From: an uncultured Candidatus Saccharibacteria bacterium
GTDB taxonomy: Bacteria; Patescibacteriota; Minisyncoccia; Phycocordibacterales; UBA2100
Assembly (NCBI GenBank): GCA_964471165.1
Contig: CAYYEX010000004.1
Coordinates: 22,378-86,377 of the forward strand
Length of the DNA stretch: 64,000 nucleotides
Reading direction: 5' to 3'
Shown here: positions 54,413-63,977 of the stretch, piece by piece
Layout: the number at the start of each line of letters is the position of its first letter
Numbering within the stretch: position 1 is the stretch's first letter
Position numbers and translations under genes: made by a program
Notes under the pieces: generated by a model
Told to the model about the DNA's origin: nothing
Seen by the model: only the letters and a program-made list of their open reading frames with translations
Database searches by the model: none

Positions 54413-55521
54413 TGCATATGAATCGACTTATTTACTACAAATCCGGCGCTGTAACAACACCGGAGGCACGTCTTCTCCCCGGAATGGACCGTTTCGCATC
54501 GTTTTTTGAAATTACAAACGACACAGCAATGCCAGTCGATCGCACAGGAACCATACGTTTTCCCATTCGAACCCATTCTCTTTTTTCAATGCCGACACTG
54601 CGTCCCTATACAAAATCATATTCAGAAACATGTGACGAGCGGGCTGTCGAGATTCTCAAGCGCGCTACTGCATTGAATGTCGATGTGCGAGTAATGTGGT
54701 CTGGTGGAATTGATAGCACGGTTGCACTTGTCGCACTGCTTAAAAACGCAACAACCAAAGAGGAGCTGCAGCGCATCGTTGTATTACTCTCCGAGGAATC
54801 AATATCGGAAAATCCCCGCTTCTTTGAAGCACATATCCACGGAAAGATCCGGTACGACTCTGCAATCATGTTTCCATACCTTCTTGGCACGAAGCACATC
54901 CTTGTAAGCGGAACGCATAACGACCTGCTTTTTGGAAAAGATATTGTAGGATCGATCGTGAGTCGGTTCGGCATGTCGAAAGTTCTCAGTTTAATAGACC
55001 GAGATATTCTCCGTACTTTTTTAGCAGAAAAGACAGGTGCTGCCGATACTGCTGAATTTTATATTGAATTATTTGAAAAACTGCGCGCGATTGCTCCTCT
55101 GCCAATTGACTCAATCTACAATCTGTTCTGGTGGTTCGACTTCTGTACAAACTGGCAAAAAGTGTACACGTCAATTCTTCCGTTCACTGCAGAGCGAAAC
55201 ATACCACTTATTACGAGTGAATATGTGGATACGTACTACATGCCTTTTTTCAATACGGAAGATTTTCAACTGTGGAGCATGAACAATCTTGATAAACGAA
55301 TAAAGGACACGTGGGAGTCCCATAAGTGGCCGGCAAAAGACATGATTTACGATTTCACAAAAGACGCTGAGTATCGTGACACAAAGATAAAACGAAGTTC
55401 ACTCTACTTCCTCATCGTGCAACAAAAGTCTGTGAACTTTATTGATGAGTCGTTTCGATTTTTTGACGAAGCGACCAGTACCGATTACTACGACCCAAAG
55501 AACGATTTCAGAGACGAGTAA
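54412..55521 (+). CDS. PP-loop (SGGxDS) ATP-pyrophosphatase superfamily protein, paralog 1 of 3 (asparagine-synthetase-C-domain-like / adenine nucleotide alpha hydrolase)
   Basis: VRVMWSGGIDSTVALVALL at about residue 115. The start overlaps the previous stop (TAATG). C-terminal block FNTEDFQLWSMNN...KWPAKD..Y.FT.D..YR..K.KR.SL is conserved in all three copies. Confidence 0.6.
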   Translation: MHMNRLIYYKSGAVTTPEARLLPGMDRFASFFEITNDTAMPVDRTGTIRFPIRTHSLFSMPTLRPYTKSYSETCDERAVEILKRATALNVDVRVMWSGGIDSTVALVALLKNATTKEELQRIVVLLSEESISENPRFFEAHIHGKIRYDSAIMFPYLLGTKHILVSGTHNDLLFGKDIVGSIVSRFGMSKVLSLIDRDILRTFLAEKTGAADTAEFYIELFEKLRAIAPLPIDSIYNLFWWFDFCTNWQKVYTSILPFTAERNIPLITSEYVDTYYMPFFNTEDFQLWSMNNLDKRIKDTWESHKWPAKDMIYDFTKDAEYRDTKIKRSSLYFLIVQQKSVNFIDESFRFFDEATSTDYYDPKNDFRDE

Positions 55522-55559
55522 GTAGCGACGGACATGCGTTTGTACTAAGATATACCGAC

Positions 55560-56234
55560 ATGGACACGTGGTATGCATTGCTCGATATCGGAACAAAAGC
55601 GGTGCTGACGATAAGCCAACGACAAAGCGCCATGGTTTTTTTACGCGAGTGCACCATTGATACAGCACTTTCAAATGGCGTTAACACACCCCGGTATACT
55701 CACTCGTGGATACACAAGGAGCCTTTTTTTCTTGCTCGGTTGCGCCCGGAATTCTATCCTGAATGGACATGGGATGTACAATCGCGTTCATTCCGTAAAA
55801 CACTCCCTGAGCTGGTAACCCCCGCTCTGAGGGCGCGCTCCCGCCTTGCCACGGTAAAGGTCCGCACAATATCTCAGATGATGTCACAAGTCTCCATGAC
55901 GCGTCAGCATTTCCAATCCGGTGTTGATTTCCAAGAGACTGTCTATTTAACGAAGAAAGCCCAGGCCCAGCAATTCGTGCAAAATGGTTACGACGAATCC
56001 GATATTTTGAACATTCCCTACGTGCTTCAGTATGCCGACTTAAAAGGTCTTTCACTTCGTCAGGCAGCGGAGGATATACTTTTTCGTGCAAAACTCGACG
56101 ACGAACTACTTGCGCGTACCGAACTTCTGCGCCTAACGTATTTCGAAAAGGTGAAACAGGCAACAAACCCCGACGATCTGCCAAGAATACTGAGTGCTTT
56201 CCATACCGCAGCATTCAGATCGAGACCTGTATGA
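55560..56234 (+). CDS. conserved ~225-aa partner protein (paralog 1 of 2) preceding a PP-loop gene
   Basis: Aligns with 60721..61440 (e.g. YLTKKAQAQQF...IPYVLQYADL...AAEDILFRAKL...TELLRLTYFEKVKQ...DDLPRILSAFH.AAF). No known motif. Confidence 0.45.
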   Translation: MDTWYALLDIGTKAVLTISQRQSAMVFLRECTIDTALSNGVNTPRYTHSWIHKEPFFLARLRPEFYPEWTWDVQSRSFRKTLPELVTPALRARSRLATVKVRTISQMMSQVSMTRQHFQSGVDFQETVYLTKKAQAQQFVQNGYDESDILNIPYVLQYADLKGLSLRQAAEDILFRAKLDDELLARTELLRLTYFEKVKQATNPDDLPRILSAFHTAAFRSRPV

Positions 56235-57325
56235 AAAACCTCTTGCTAGCTCACGCGAGAACCGTCGTCTCCCCCGCAAACCAACACGTACCCGGGATAA
56301 AGACTCTCACTGCTTTTTTCGATATCTACCGTACGGGTGTAATCCCGATTGATCGGACAAACACATTTCGCACCCCCGTGCGCAGCACAATGCTTTTCCC
56401 TATGCCCACGTTTCGCATTCACAAAGGTACCTACGAAGATGCCTGCAATGCGCGAGCAACGGAAATCATTCAGCGAGCAGAGACGTTGGATTGTCCAATA
56501 TTTTCGTTCTGGTCGGGTGGAATCGATAGTACGTGCGTACTTGTCTCCCTCTTAAAGAACTCTACACAGCAACAGCGAGAACGCATCACTGTACTCATGT
56601 CAGAGGACTCAATTGCGGAAAACCCGAACTTTTATGCCGAGCATATTCACGGCAAAGTGCGGCATGACTCGGCGGGAATGTTTCCATACATGCTCGGGAG
56701 CGAGCGAATCTTTGTGAACGGTGAACACAATGACCAGTTGTTCGGTTCCGACATTGTCGCCGCCTTCATAAATCGATTCGGTGCCGCCATCATTCACCAG
56801 CCCTTCGCGCGAGACACAATACTCACGTTCTTCACTGAACGCACGAAAGACGTAGCAATGGCGGTCTTTTATCTTGAGCTGTTTGAGCGACTCAAGGCGG
56901 TAGCACCCGTACCAATTGAAACGAACTATGATTTCTTTTGGTGGATTAATTTCGCGACAAAGTGGCAGAGTGTGTACATGCGTACCCTTACATACACGGC
57001 ACCACGCAACCTGCACCTCATCAATAAAACGTATCTTGATAAATATTACGCACCATTCTTTAACACCGAGGAGTTTCAACTCTGGAGCATGAATAACCCG
57101 GACAAGAAAATTAAAGACACATGGAAAACATACAAGTGGGCTGCGAAGGAATTAATCTATGAATACACAAAGGATGCTGAGTATCGTGATAACAAAATAA
57201 AACGCGGCTCCCTCGTGATGCTCACAGACCAGCAAAAACCCTCCCCGTTCATCACCGACACGTTTCAGTTCCCCCAAACCCTTGCACCCGAAGAATATTG
57301 CGACCCGGAGAACGATTTTGTGTAA
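56231..57325 (+). CDS. PP-loop (SGGxDS) ATP-pyrophosphatase superfamily protein, paralog 2 of 3
   Basis: IFSFWSGGIDSTCVLVSLL; ATGA overlap with the partner gene. Confidence 0.6.
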   Translation: MKNLLLAHARTVVSPANQHVPGIKTLTAFFDIYRTGVIPIDRTNTFRTPVRSTMLFPMPTFRIHKGTYEDACNARATEIIQRAETLDCPIFSFWSGGIDSTCVLVSLLKNSTQQQRERITVLMSEDSIAENPNFYAEHIHGKVRHDSAGMFPYMLGSERIFVNGEHNDQLFGSDIVAAFINRFGAAIIHQPFARDTILTFFTERTKDVAMAVFYLELFERLKAVAPVPIETNYDFFWWINFATKWQSVYMRTLTYTAPRNLHLINKTYLDKYYAPFFNTEEFQLWSMNNPDKKIKDTWKTYKWAAKELIYEYTKDAEYRDNKIKRGSLVMLTDQQKPSPFITDTFQFPQTLAPEEYCDPENDFV

Positions 57326-57341
57326 TCTTGAAGTGAAACAA

Positions 57342-57372
57342 AAAACGCGCCGAGCCGCGGCGCGTTTTGTCG
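57342..57372. terminator. bidirectional terminator (CGCGCCG-AGC-CGGCGCG flanked by A6 / TTTTG) between convergent genes
   Basis: Lies between the 57325 (+) end and the 57389 (-) end. Confidence 0.5.
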
Positions 57373-57388
57373 TCTTCGAAAGAGCAGC

Positions 57389-57970
57389 TCAGTGCTCGTG
57401 CTTGTGGCCGTGATGGTGCCCATGCCCGTGGTCGTGACTGTGGTCGCTCGGATGCTTCATCCTGTCCGGCGCGTTCACGTCCTTGTGCGGATGCCCGAAA
57501 GCGATGATGACCAGCGGTTCCCGCGCGGTTTCCGGCGGACCGGTCACCGCATGCGGGTGTTCACCCGGGATGAACATGGTGTCACCTGGCCCGACAACCC
57601 GGTCCTCCCCGCTGATGTGGACAGACCCGACACCCGAGAGAAACAGCAAGACATGGTCGCCGACATGCTCGTGGAGCGCAAAGGCGCTCCCCGGCTGCAT
57701 CTCGATGCAATCCACACCGATGTCGGTTCCATCAACCTTCATGCCGACCGCGCCCATGCGTCCGCGAATGCCCTTGAGCGGCTTGCCGTCCGAATCATAC
57801 ATCTCGGACAAGTCGCCCTTCAATACATTTCGCAGATGCTGACCGTCAATCCACTTGCGTGCTGCTGCACGCATTGCCGCAACTTGAACCGATTCCACCG
57901 GCACCTCCATTGATTCGAAACCCAATCCGGTTTCCGTGCGCAGTATGCACAATATGACCTCATATTTCAA
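57389..57970 (-). CDS. cupin-domain protein with a His-rich C-terminal tail (HDHGHGHHHGHKHEH)
   Basis: Cupin motifs G(X)5HxH...(E)...G...P.G..H (HEHVGDHVLLFLSG...MFIPGEHPHAV); the His tail suggests metal binding. Start uncertain. Confidence 0.55.
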   Translation of the reverse strand: MKYEVILCILRTETGLGFESMEVPVESVQVAAMRAAARKWIDGQHLRNVLKGDLSEMYDSDGKPLKGIRGRMGAVGMKVDGTDIGVDCIEMQPGSAFALHEHVGDHVLLFLSGVGSVHISGEDRVVGPGDTMFIPGEHPHAVTGPPETAREPLVIIAFGHPHKDVNAPDRMKHPSDHSHDHGHGHHHGHKHEH

Positions 57971-57991
57971 TGAAAACAGTTCACGGGTAAT

Positions 57992-59275
57992 CTATCCACG
58001 AGCAGATGTTTCGTCGCTCATATCCAAAACAATTTTTGACTTTCCCCGAGGGGTTTTGGGCAAATCATCGACCGTCTCTACCGAAACTCTTACTGTGGGC
58101 CCAACGAGCTCCTGAATATTCAAAAGAATTTTTGAGCGTGCACCCTCCCCAAACGCGACACCCGGAATCAGGAGGACGGCGACTTCCTCTTCGGATTTTT
58201 TCACAACAAGATATCGCATAATCGCATTCATGAATGTCTCGAGCGCAGCGTCGAACTCCAGATGATTGATGCGTCGATTCTGGAATGTGAGGAACGCAGC
58301 ATAGCGACCCTCGAGCCACACACGCGGAGATTCCCTACCGCAAGAACATCTCGAGTGCGTCATCGTGCCGTGATCTCCCGTGTCATACCTGATGAACGGC
58401 ATCCCCGTGTTATAGAGGTCGGTGACAACGATTCGTCCATCGGTACCGTCGGGCACCGGCAGACCCGACTCGTCTACAATCTCCACAAACAGCGACTCAC
58501 AACTGGTATGCAATCCGTCATGTTTTTCGCATTCCATGCCGACAACCGCAAACTCCTCCATTCCGTAGCGGTTGTAAACTTCGCACCCGAGGACCGATTC
58601 GATATAACGACGTAACGCCGGCGTCATCTGTTCGCCGCCCGATATCACATAGCGCACCTGGAACGGGATATGCTTCTGTTCCACCAGCTGAGCCATCGAG
58701 TGAAGTATGGATGCGAAGGATTCAATAATGTCGGGTCGAAATGCAATGACACGATTGAGAACGTTCTCGGGTTCGAGCAAATAATCCGTGATTGTTACGA
58801 ACAACCGGTTTTTGCGCGGCTTCGCTTTTGTGAATATGCGAGCGATACGCGGCCAGGTGGGCATCTTCCAGGGATTTTCCCAATAGAACATTCTGTACAC
58901 GACCGAGTCTACATAAATATTTTTCTTGAAATGAGCGCGCGTCAGCATGGTGAGCGGCTCTCCACTCGTGCCCGACGTGGTCGCCCATCGTCCCACAAGC
59001 ATTGCGCTGTTATCCGTGTATTCGTCAGCGGGACGACCGAGAAACATCTTCTTGGAAACAATCGGGAGATTGTTCATGTCTGCAAATGACCGAATGTCCG
59101 GAGCAGAATCCCCTGGCTTACCATATAATTCGCCGTACATCGGAACATTTTTTGCCGCATGCGCAACGATTGTGCGCAATCGCCGAAGCTGCCACGCCTC
59201 GATAGCGACGCGCCCGCGCATGTGGAGCGTGTGGAATAGAACAAAATCGATACGATTTTTAAATTTCTTCCACAT
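57992..59275 (-). CDS. phenylacetate-CoA ligase-like (PaaK / coenzyme F390 synthetase family) adenylate-forming enzyme, paralog 1
   Basis: WATTSGTSGEPL (P-loop/A3)...VISGGEQMTP...YNRYGMEEF...IRYDTGDHG...PRGKSKIV. Started at the ATG at 59275 to avoid overlap with the paralog. Confidence 0.65.
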   Translation of the reverse strand: MWKKFKNRIDFVLFHTLHMRGRVAIEAWQLRRLRTIVAHAAKNVPMYGELYGKPGDSAPDIRSFADMNNLPIVSKKMFLGRPADEYTDNSAMLVGRWATTSGTSGEPLTMLTRAHFKKNIYVDSVVYRMFYWENPWKMPTWPRIARIFTKAKPRKNRLFVTITDYLLEPENVLNRVIAFRPDIIESFASILHSMAQLVEQKHIPFQVRYVISGGEQMTPALRRYIESVLGCEVYNRYGMEEFAVVGMECEKHDGLHTSCESLFVEIVDESGLPVPDGTDGRIVVTDLYNTGMPFIRYDTGDHGTMTHSRCSCGRESPRVWLEGRYAAFLTFQNRRINHLEFDAALETFMNAIMRYLVVKKSEEEVAVLLIPGVAFGEGARSKILLNIQELVGPTVRVSVETVDDLPKTPRGKSKIVLDMSDETSARG

Positions 59276-60638
59276 GTTTCGTGCTGGATTGTTTATACCC
59301 CACAAAATACAATGCTTTACCGCTCTTCGACGCCGGAATTTCTTCAACTATTTCCCACGTAATCACTGCCGCAGGGTGCAAAAGACGAATGAGCCGCAAT
59401 TCTAGGTCTTTTTTATCTCGTTCAAATCTTTCCCCAGCCATGACTCGTACAGAAAACGTGTATTGTTCCTGTTGAACAATCTGAAATTGCTTGACGCTCT
59501 CAGAATGCCAGTCGAATACCGACGCGAAGTCGAGCAGCGAAACAGTCCGCCCATCATCAAAATGAATAAATTCGATTTCGCGACCCGTCACCTGAATTGT
59601 GCGGAGTGTTCTACCGCATGCACACGGCTCATCGGATATCTTGCCCTTATCTCCATTGCGATAGCGAATCATAGGCATGATACGGCTATCGAAGACGGTC
59701 GCTACAACAAATCCTTCGGTACCAAATGGCGCAGGGTTTCCCTGCTCGTCCACAATTTCAACATACGCCCATTCCTCATTGAGATGCATAGCGCGCTCTT
59801 CACATTCGAAGCCAAGCCACCCGAGTTCGCGTGTCGCATACGTGGTGAAAAACTTTGTGTGTAAATCTTGTTCAATTGTCTTGCGCTCTGAAGAGCGAAT
59901 ACTCTCACCCGTGGCGATAATTGCACGGATTGGCAACAGCACGTTCGATTCGCGGGCACGTCGAGCCAGTTCAATACATGCCGATGGAAATCCGTAGAAT
60001 ACAACCTCTGATTTGAGTGACTTCACAAACTCCACAAGCGCCGGAAGTCGGAACTTCACGGTGTTGTAGTTCTTCATGAAAAAAAGATGCTGGTTATGAG
60101 TCAAAAAACCGAGCTTCTCACGTGCGCGAAGCGCAATCACGGGTGGGCGGGTGCCCCCTGCTGCAGTTGCCACCATACGTTCACATACTGCAAACGAACG
60201 TAATTCCCATGCACGATCGACATAGAAATCAAACGGGCGACCCGTTGAGCCTGATGTGTGGTCGGAGAAACCAGAGTGGAGCAAATCTGGGTCGGTCCAG
60301 TACGATATATTATCTTTTGGAAAGTTGCGTTTGGATGTAATCGGCATATTGACAAAGTTGCCCTCCAAGACGTGGTCAGGGTCGATATTGTTTTGGGCAT
60401 AGATATCGCGCCACAAAGCGACACGCTTTGCATATCGCATGAGATCGATGATGCGCTCACGCGTGTACGAGTCGAGCGTCTCACGCGACCAGTACTGGCT
60501 CACGAGAAGCGCACGTGTATCTGCCCACAGAGGGATACGGAGTGTCACCTTCCAATTAAGAGGTCCTCTTGTCCAGAGTAAATCGCTCCTCCACCCTCGC
60601 TTTAAAAGAGTATTCATAGCGAAACGCCCAGCTTTCAT
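59259..60638 (-). CDS. phenylacetate-CoA ligase-like adenylate-forming enzyme, paralog 2
   Basis: HTSGSTGRPF...IATGESI...YATRELGWLGFECE...IRYRNGDKG...SKSGKALY. Start taken at the ATG at 60638 (alternative 60617). Confidence 0.65.
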   Translation of the reverse strand: MKAGRFAMNTLLKRGWRSDLLWTRGPLNWKVTLRIPLWADTRALLVSQYWSRETLDSYTRERIIDLMRYAKRVALWRDIYAQNNIDPDHVLEGNFVNMPITSKRNFPKDNISYWTDPDLLHSGFSDHTSGSTGRPFDFYVDRAWELRSFAVCERMVATAAGGTRPPVIALRAREKLGFLTHNQHLFFMKNYNTVKFRLPALVEFVKSLKSEVVFYGFPSACIELARRARESNVLLPIRAIIATGESIRSSERKTIEQDLHTKFFTTYATRELGWLGFECEERAMHLNEEWAYVEIVDEQGNPAPFGTEGFVVATVFDSRIMPMIRYRNGDKGKISDEPCACGRTLRTIQVTGREIEFIHFDDGRTVSLLDFASVFDWHSESVKQFQIVQQEQYTFSVRVMAGERFERDKKDLELRLIRLLHPAAVITWEIVEEIPASKSGKALYFVGYKQSSTKHVEEI

Positions 60639-60720
60639 GGCATGGAGTATAGCAAAAGGCGCCCTGTTTTGAGACACATATCTTCCCGCAAAAAAACCTT
60701 GTGATATCGTTAGTCTGCAT

Positions 60721-61440
60721 ATGAAATTGTTCCTATCGAAGCTCTTCGGCACACACAAAAAAGCGAAGTCCTCCCCTCATGTTCGGCTCTCCGAACACAG
60801 CGCGCTTGTCGATGCTGCCACCCGAGTCGTCATTGCGGTGAGCAATCACCCTGCTGCAATTAGATTTTTGAATGAGTCTATGATGGACACGTACCACATG
60901 CTTAATGTCACCAGACCCAACTACAAATACGGACTTCCCTTTTCATCTCGCGAAGAATCACTCGCTCATTGGACATGGAATGATCGTTCGCGACATTTTG
61001 AGCCGACAAAGGCCGAAGTTCTCACGGAGCGCCTCGATGCGCAATCGCGTCTCGGTATCCGTAAACTCCGTGCGGTCAAAAAGATTATGCGCCGTATCTC
61101 GCTTGCACGCTCACGCACTGCGTTTGGTATCGACTTGCAGGCGAGCGTGTACCTCGCAAAGAAGATACAGGCCCAAGCATTTAAGGATGCGCAATACGAC
61201 GAAGCTCGAATCCTATCATTCCCGTATGTACTGCAATACGCGGAGTTTGCAAACATATCTTTTCGGGCGGCGGCTGACGACATCCTACTCAAAGCGAAGC
61301 TCTATGATGATTTTCTTGCAAAGACTGAACTCCTGCGACTTTCCTATTTCAAGCAACTCAAGGAAATATCGAACGCGGACGATATTCCGAATCTGCTCGA
61401 AGCCTTCCATCGAGAAGCATTCGGTAATGCAATGGTATAG
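60721..61440 (+). CDS. conserved ~239-aa partner protein (paralog 2 of 2) preceding a PP-loop gene
   Basis: See 55560..56234. Confidence 0.45.
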   Translation: MKLFLSKLFGTHKKAKSSPHVRLSEHSALVDAATRVVIAVSNHPAAIRFLNESMMDTYHMLNVTRPNYKYGLPFSSREESLAHWTWNDRSRHFEPTKAEVLTERLDAQSRLGIRKLRAVKKIMRRISLARSRTAFGIDLQASVYLAKKIQAQAFKDAQYDEARILSFPYVLQYAEFANISFRAAADDILLKAKLYDDFLAKTELLRLSYFKQLKEISNADDIPNLLEAFHREAFGNAMV

Positions 61441-61443
61441 CGC

Positions 61444-62556
61444 ATGAAGGAGCTCATCTTCTACAACACAAACGTGGTGACGCACGCTTCTAACGCAAAT
61501 CTCCCTGGAGTATCAGAGTTTAAGAAGTTCTTCGGCATCTATCCACAGAGCTCAGTCTTCATAGACCGTTCGGAAACAATCACGATTCCTGTGAAAGTCC
61601 GCTCATTGTATCCGATTCCCAAACTGCGCGCGCTGACCAATACATACGAGGATATATGCAATGAACGCGCACTGGAGTTACTTTCGCGAGCTCGGACAAT
61701 GGATGTACCGATTTATGTTGCTTGGTCCGGTGGCATAGACTCAACACTCATCCTGGTAACGCTTCTCACGCATGCGTCGGATGCTGATAAAAAACGTATC
61801 ACGGTGCTCCTATCGGAAGAATCGATTGCGGAATATCCGGCCTTCTACCAAGAACATATTCGTGGATCTCTTGCATGCGAATCTATGTCACTCTTTCCGT
61901 ATCTCCTTGGTACGCGCGCACTCATTATCGGTGGTGAAAACAATGACCAGGTCTTCGGGTCTGATGTAATTTCAAAACTAATCAATCATCAAGGGCCCGC
62001 AATAATTCATGAGCGATACCGTCGTGAGATATTCTTTTCGTTCTTTAACTCAACCCTCGCGAACGAAGCGGCAACAGGTTTCTGTCTTGATGTAATCGAA
62101 CGAGTTGCTGCATCCGCTCCGGTATCACTTATGACACATTTCGACTACCTCTGGTGGCTGAACTTCGCTGTTAAGTGGCAATTTGTTGCGACCCGAATGC
62201 TCCCGTATGTTGCCCCGTCGAATGTAGCGAACGTGCGCGAGGGGTACCTTGGCGTTCTCTTCGATCAGTTCTACAACACTGAAAAGTTTCAACTCTGGAG
62301 TATGAACAATATGGATCTGAAAATCAAAGATTCGTGGTCGACATATAAATGGCCGGCGAAAGACGTCATCTATAAATTCACTCGCGATGAGGATTACAGA
62401 CAAAACAAGCAGAAGCGCGGCTCACTCGGTGCCATGCTTCAACAACAACGCTCGTATAATTTTATCGACAGCTCGTTCAACTTTTACCGTACGCTCGATT
62501 CTTCCGAGTATTTTGAACCGAACAACGATTTCCTACCTGCGCGACACCAGGCGTAG
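61444..62556 (+). CDS. PP-loop (SGGxDS) ATP-pyrophosphatase superfamily protein, paralog 3 of 3
   Basis: PIYVAWSGGIDSTLILVTLL; conserved C-terminal block YNTEKFQLWSMNN... Confidence 0.6.
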   Translation: MKELIFYNTNVVTHASNANLPGVSEFKKFFGIYPQSSVFIDRSETITIPVKVRSLYPIPKLRALTNTYEDICNERALELLSRARTMDVPIYVAWSGGIDSTLILVTLLTHASDADKKRITVLLSEESIAEYPAFYQEHIRGSLACESMSLFPYLLGTRALIIGGENNDQVFGSDVISKLINHQGPAIIHERYRREIFFSFFNSTLANEAATGFCLDVIERVAASAPVSLMTHFDYLWWLNFAVKWQFVATRMLPYVAPSNVANVREGYLGVLFDQFYNTEKFQLWSMNNMDLKIKDSWSTYKWPAKDVIYKFTRDEDYRQNKQKRGSLGAMLQQQRSYNFIDSSFNFYRTLDSSEYFEPNNDFLPARHQA

Positions 62557-62557
62557 C

Positions 62558-63622
62558 CTACTCAACTGAAAGAGCCCGGTTTTCGTCGACCATATTGCGA
62601 CAACGAGTCCGGTACTTCTCGGCCATCTCATCGCACGCGACATAGGACCCGTCTCCAATATTGTTCGCCACCTTAAGTAGAGCCCCGTATTCACACCACG
62701 CACGCTGCTGTTGCATGGGAAGGACAGTACAAAGAAAGTCGAGTCCCGTGTCCGTCGCGAGCATAGGGGGCATAGTCATCGCAAATGCGATTCCCGCGAT
62801 GCACGCCCGCTGCTCTCTTTGCTCCAAGACTTCACACGCGTGTATTGCACTACGTGCGCTTCCCCATGCAAAAATAGAATGTTTGGCAATATAGCGATAG
62901 CAGTGCATGGGATAATTTGGATATGTATCGCATAGATGGAGCTCTTTCCTTCGGAGTTCGTCATATTTCGGCTCATAGGTGGAATACTCCATGAACACTC
63001 CGCCGGCGCATACCCTCCGGATATCCTCACGCTCAAACACATCGCAGGATTCGATAGCTTTTGGAAGATTATAGTCACTCACATACGCAAACACGTGGCC
63101 GAGCCCGTGCACGCAAAATGTACTTTGCACGACCGCCTCGACTTCCGGTCGTTGGCAAATCGTTTTTGCTTCGGCGCGCACGTGTGCTATGTATTCATCA
63201 CTATCTTCTTCATTTATGACGCCCCCGAGTGTGTCACTGTCGGTTGAAAACATGCCCATGAAAACACCGTGCACACATCCGTCATTACAGCCTTTGCCGC
63301 ATTGCGCGAGCGCGGCACTAAAGTTAAGTGTTTTTTTGTAGACAGCGCGCCCAACTGGATGGGCTTGTACATGACATTCAGAATTCTTATATTTGCTCTC
63401 GAGTGCCCCGAGCATCGTCGAAAGATCCATGCGCTCCAGATAATGTGTCGCAACTGTTTCTTGCTCGGATGGCTGCGCGTTCGTGTATTCAGTGAGAAAT
63501 TTGGAAACAACCGATTGTGTCTGTATAAAAAACCAGACTGTCGCAACCGTGCAAACGATGGCAATACTCACGCCAATGACCACTTTGAGACGCATCCCAT
63601 TCCCATCCCGGGTGAATCGCAT
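62558..63622 (-). CDS. Cys/His-rich secreted protein, paralog family member 3 of 3
   Basis: TM anchor; motifs CHVQAHPVG...CGKGCNDGCVHGV...CVHGLGHVFAY...CAGGVFME shared with the other two. Confidence 0.5.
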   Translation of the reverse strand: MRFTRDGNGMRLKVVIGVSIAIVCTVATVWFFIQTQSVVSKFLTEYTNAQPSEQETVATHYLERMDLSTMLGALESKYKNSECHVQAHPVGRAVYKKTLNFSAALAQCGKGCNDGCVHGVFMGMFSTDSDTLGGVINEEDSDEYIAHVRAEAKTICQRPEVEAVVQSTFCVHGLGHVFAYVSDYNLPKAIESCDVFEREDIRRVCAGGVFMEYSTYEPKYDELRRKELHLCDTYPNYPMHCYRYIAKHSIFAWGSARSAIHACEVLEQREQRACIAGIAFAMTMPPMLATDTGLDFLCTVLPMQQQRAWCEYGALLKVANNIGDGSYVACDEMAEKYRTRCRNMVDENRALSVE

Positions 63623-63629
63623 ACATCGT

Positions 63630-63977
63630 TTAGTCGGTCAAAAAATGCTTCGAGTGGCCTTCGAGTATCGCGATGGCAGATGCGACACTCATATCAACTA
63701 GTTTATTTTTCCCATTATGATATGCCAACATCCTGTGCTCAGCAGCATTTTTGAGTAGCCGCTCGCGCTCGAAACCATAGAGACTCGGCCTCGACGGGAT
63801 ATCTGGCCAAAATGTCTGATAGACCAGTCTCCTCAGCGCTATGTTATTCGATGAATTATCGAATACATGAGGGGTGCGTAGTGCAGCTTCCACCAAGGGG
63901 GTACGAAGAAACGAAAGTACGACTTCTGGTGTGCTCAGAAAAAAATATGGCTGGTGACGAACACTACCCATCTTCAT
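63630..63977 (-). CDS. hypothetical protein (115 aa)
   Basis: ORF only, near the window end. Confidence 0.3.
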   Translation of the reverse strand: MKMGSVRHQPYFFLSTPEVVLSFLRTPLVEAALRTPHVFDNSSNNIALRRLVYQTFWPDIPSRPSLYGFERERLLKNAAEHRMLAYHNGKNKLVDMSVASAIAILEGHSKHFLTD

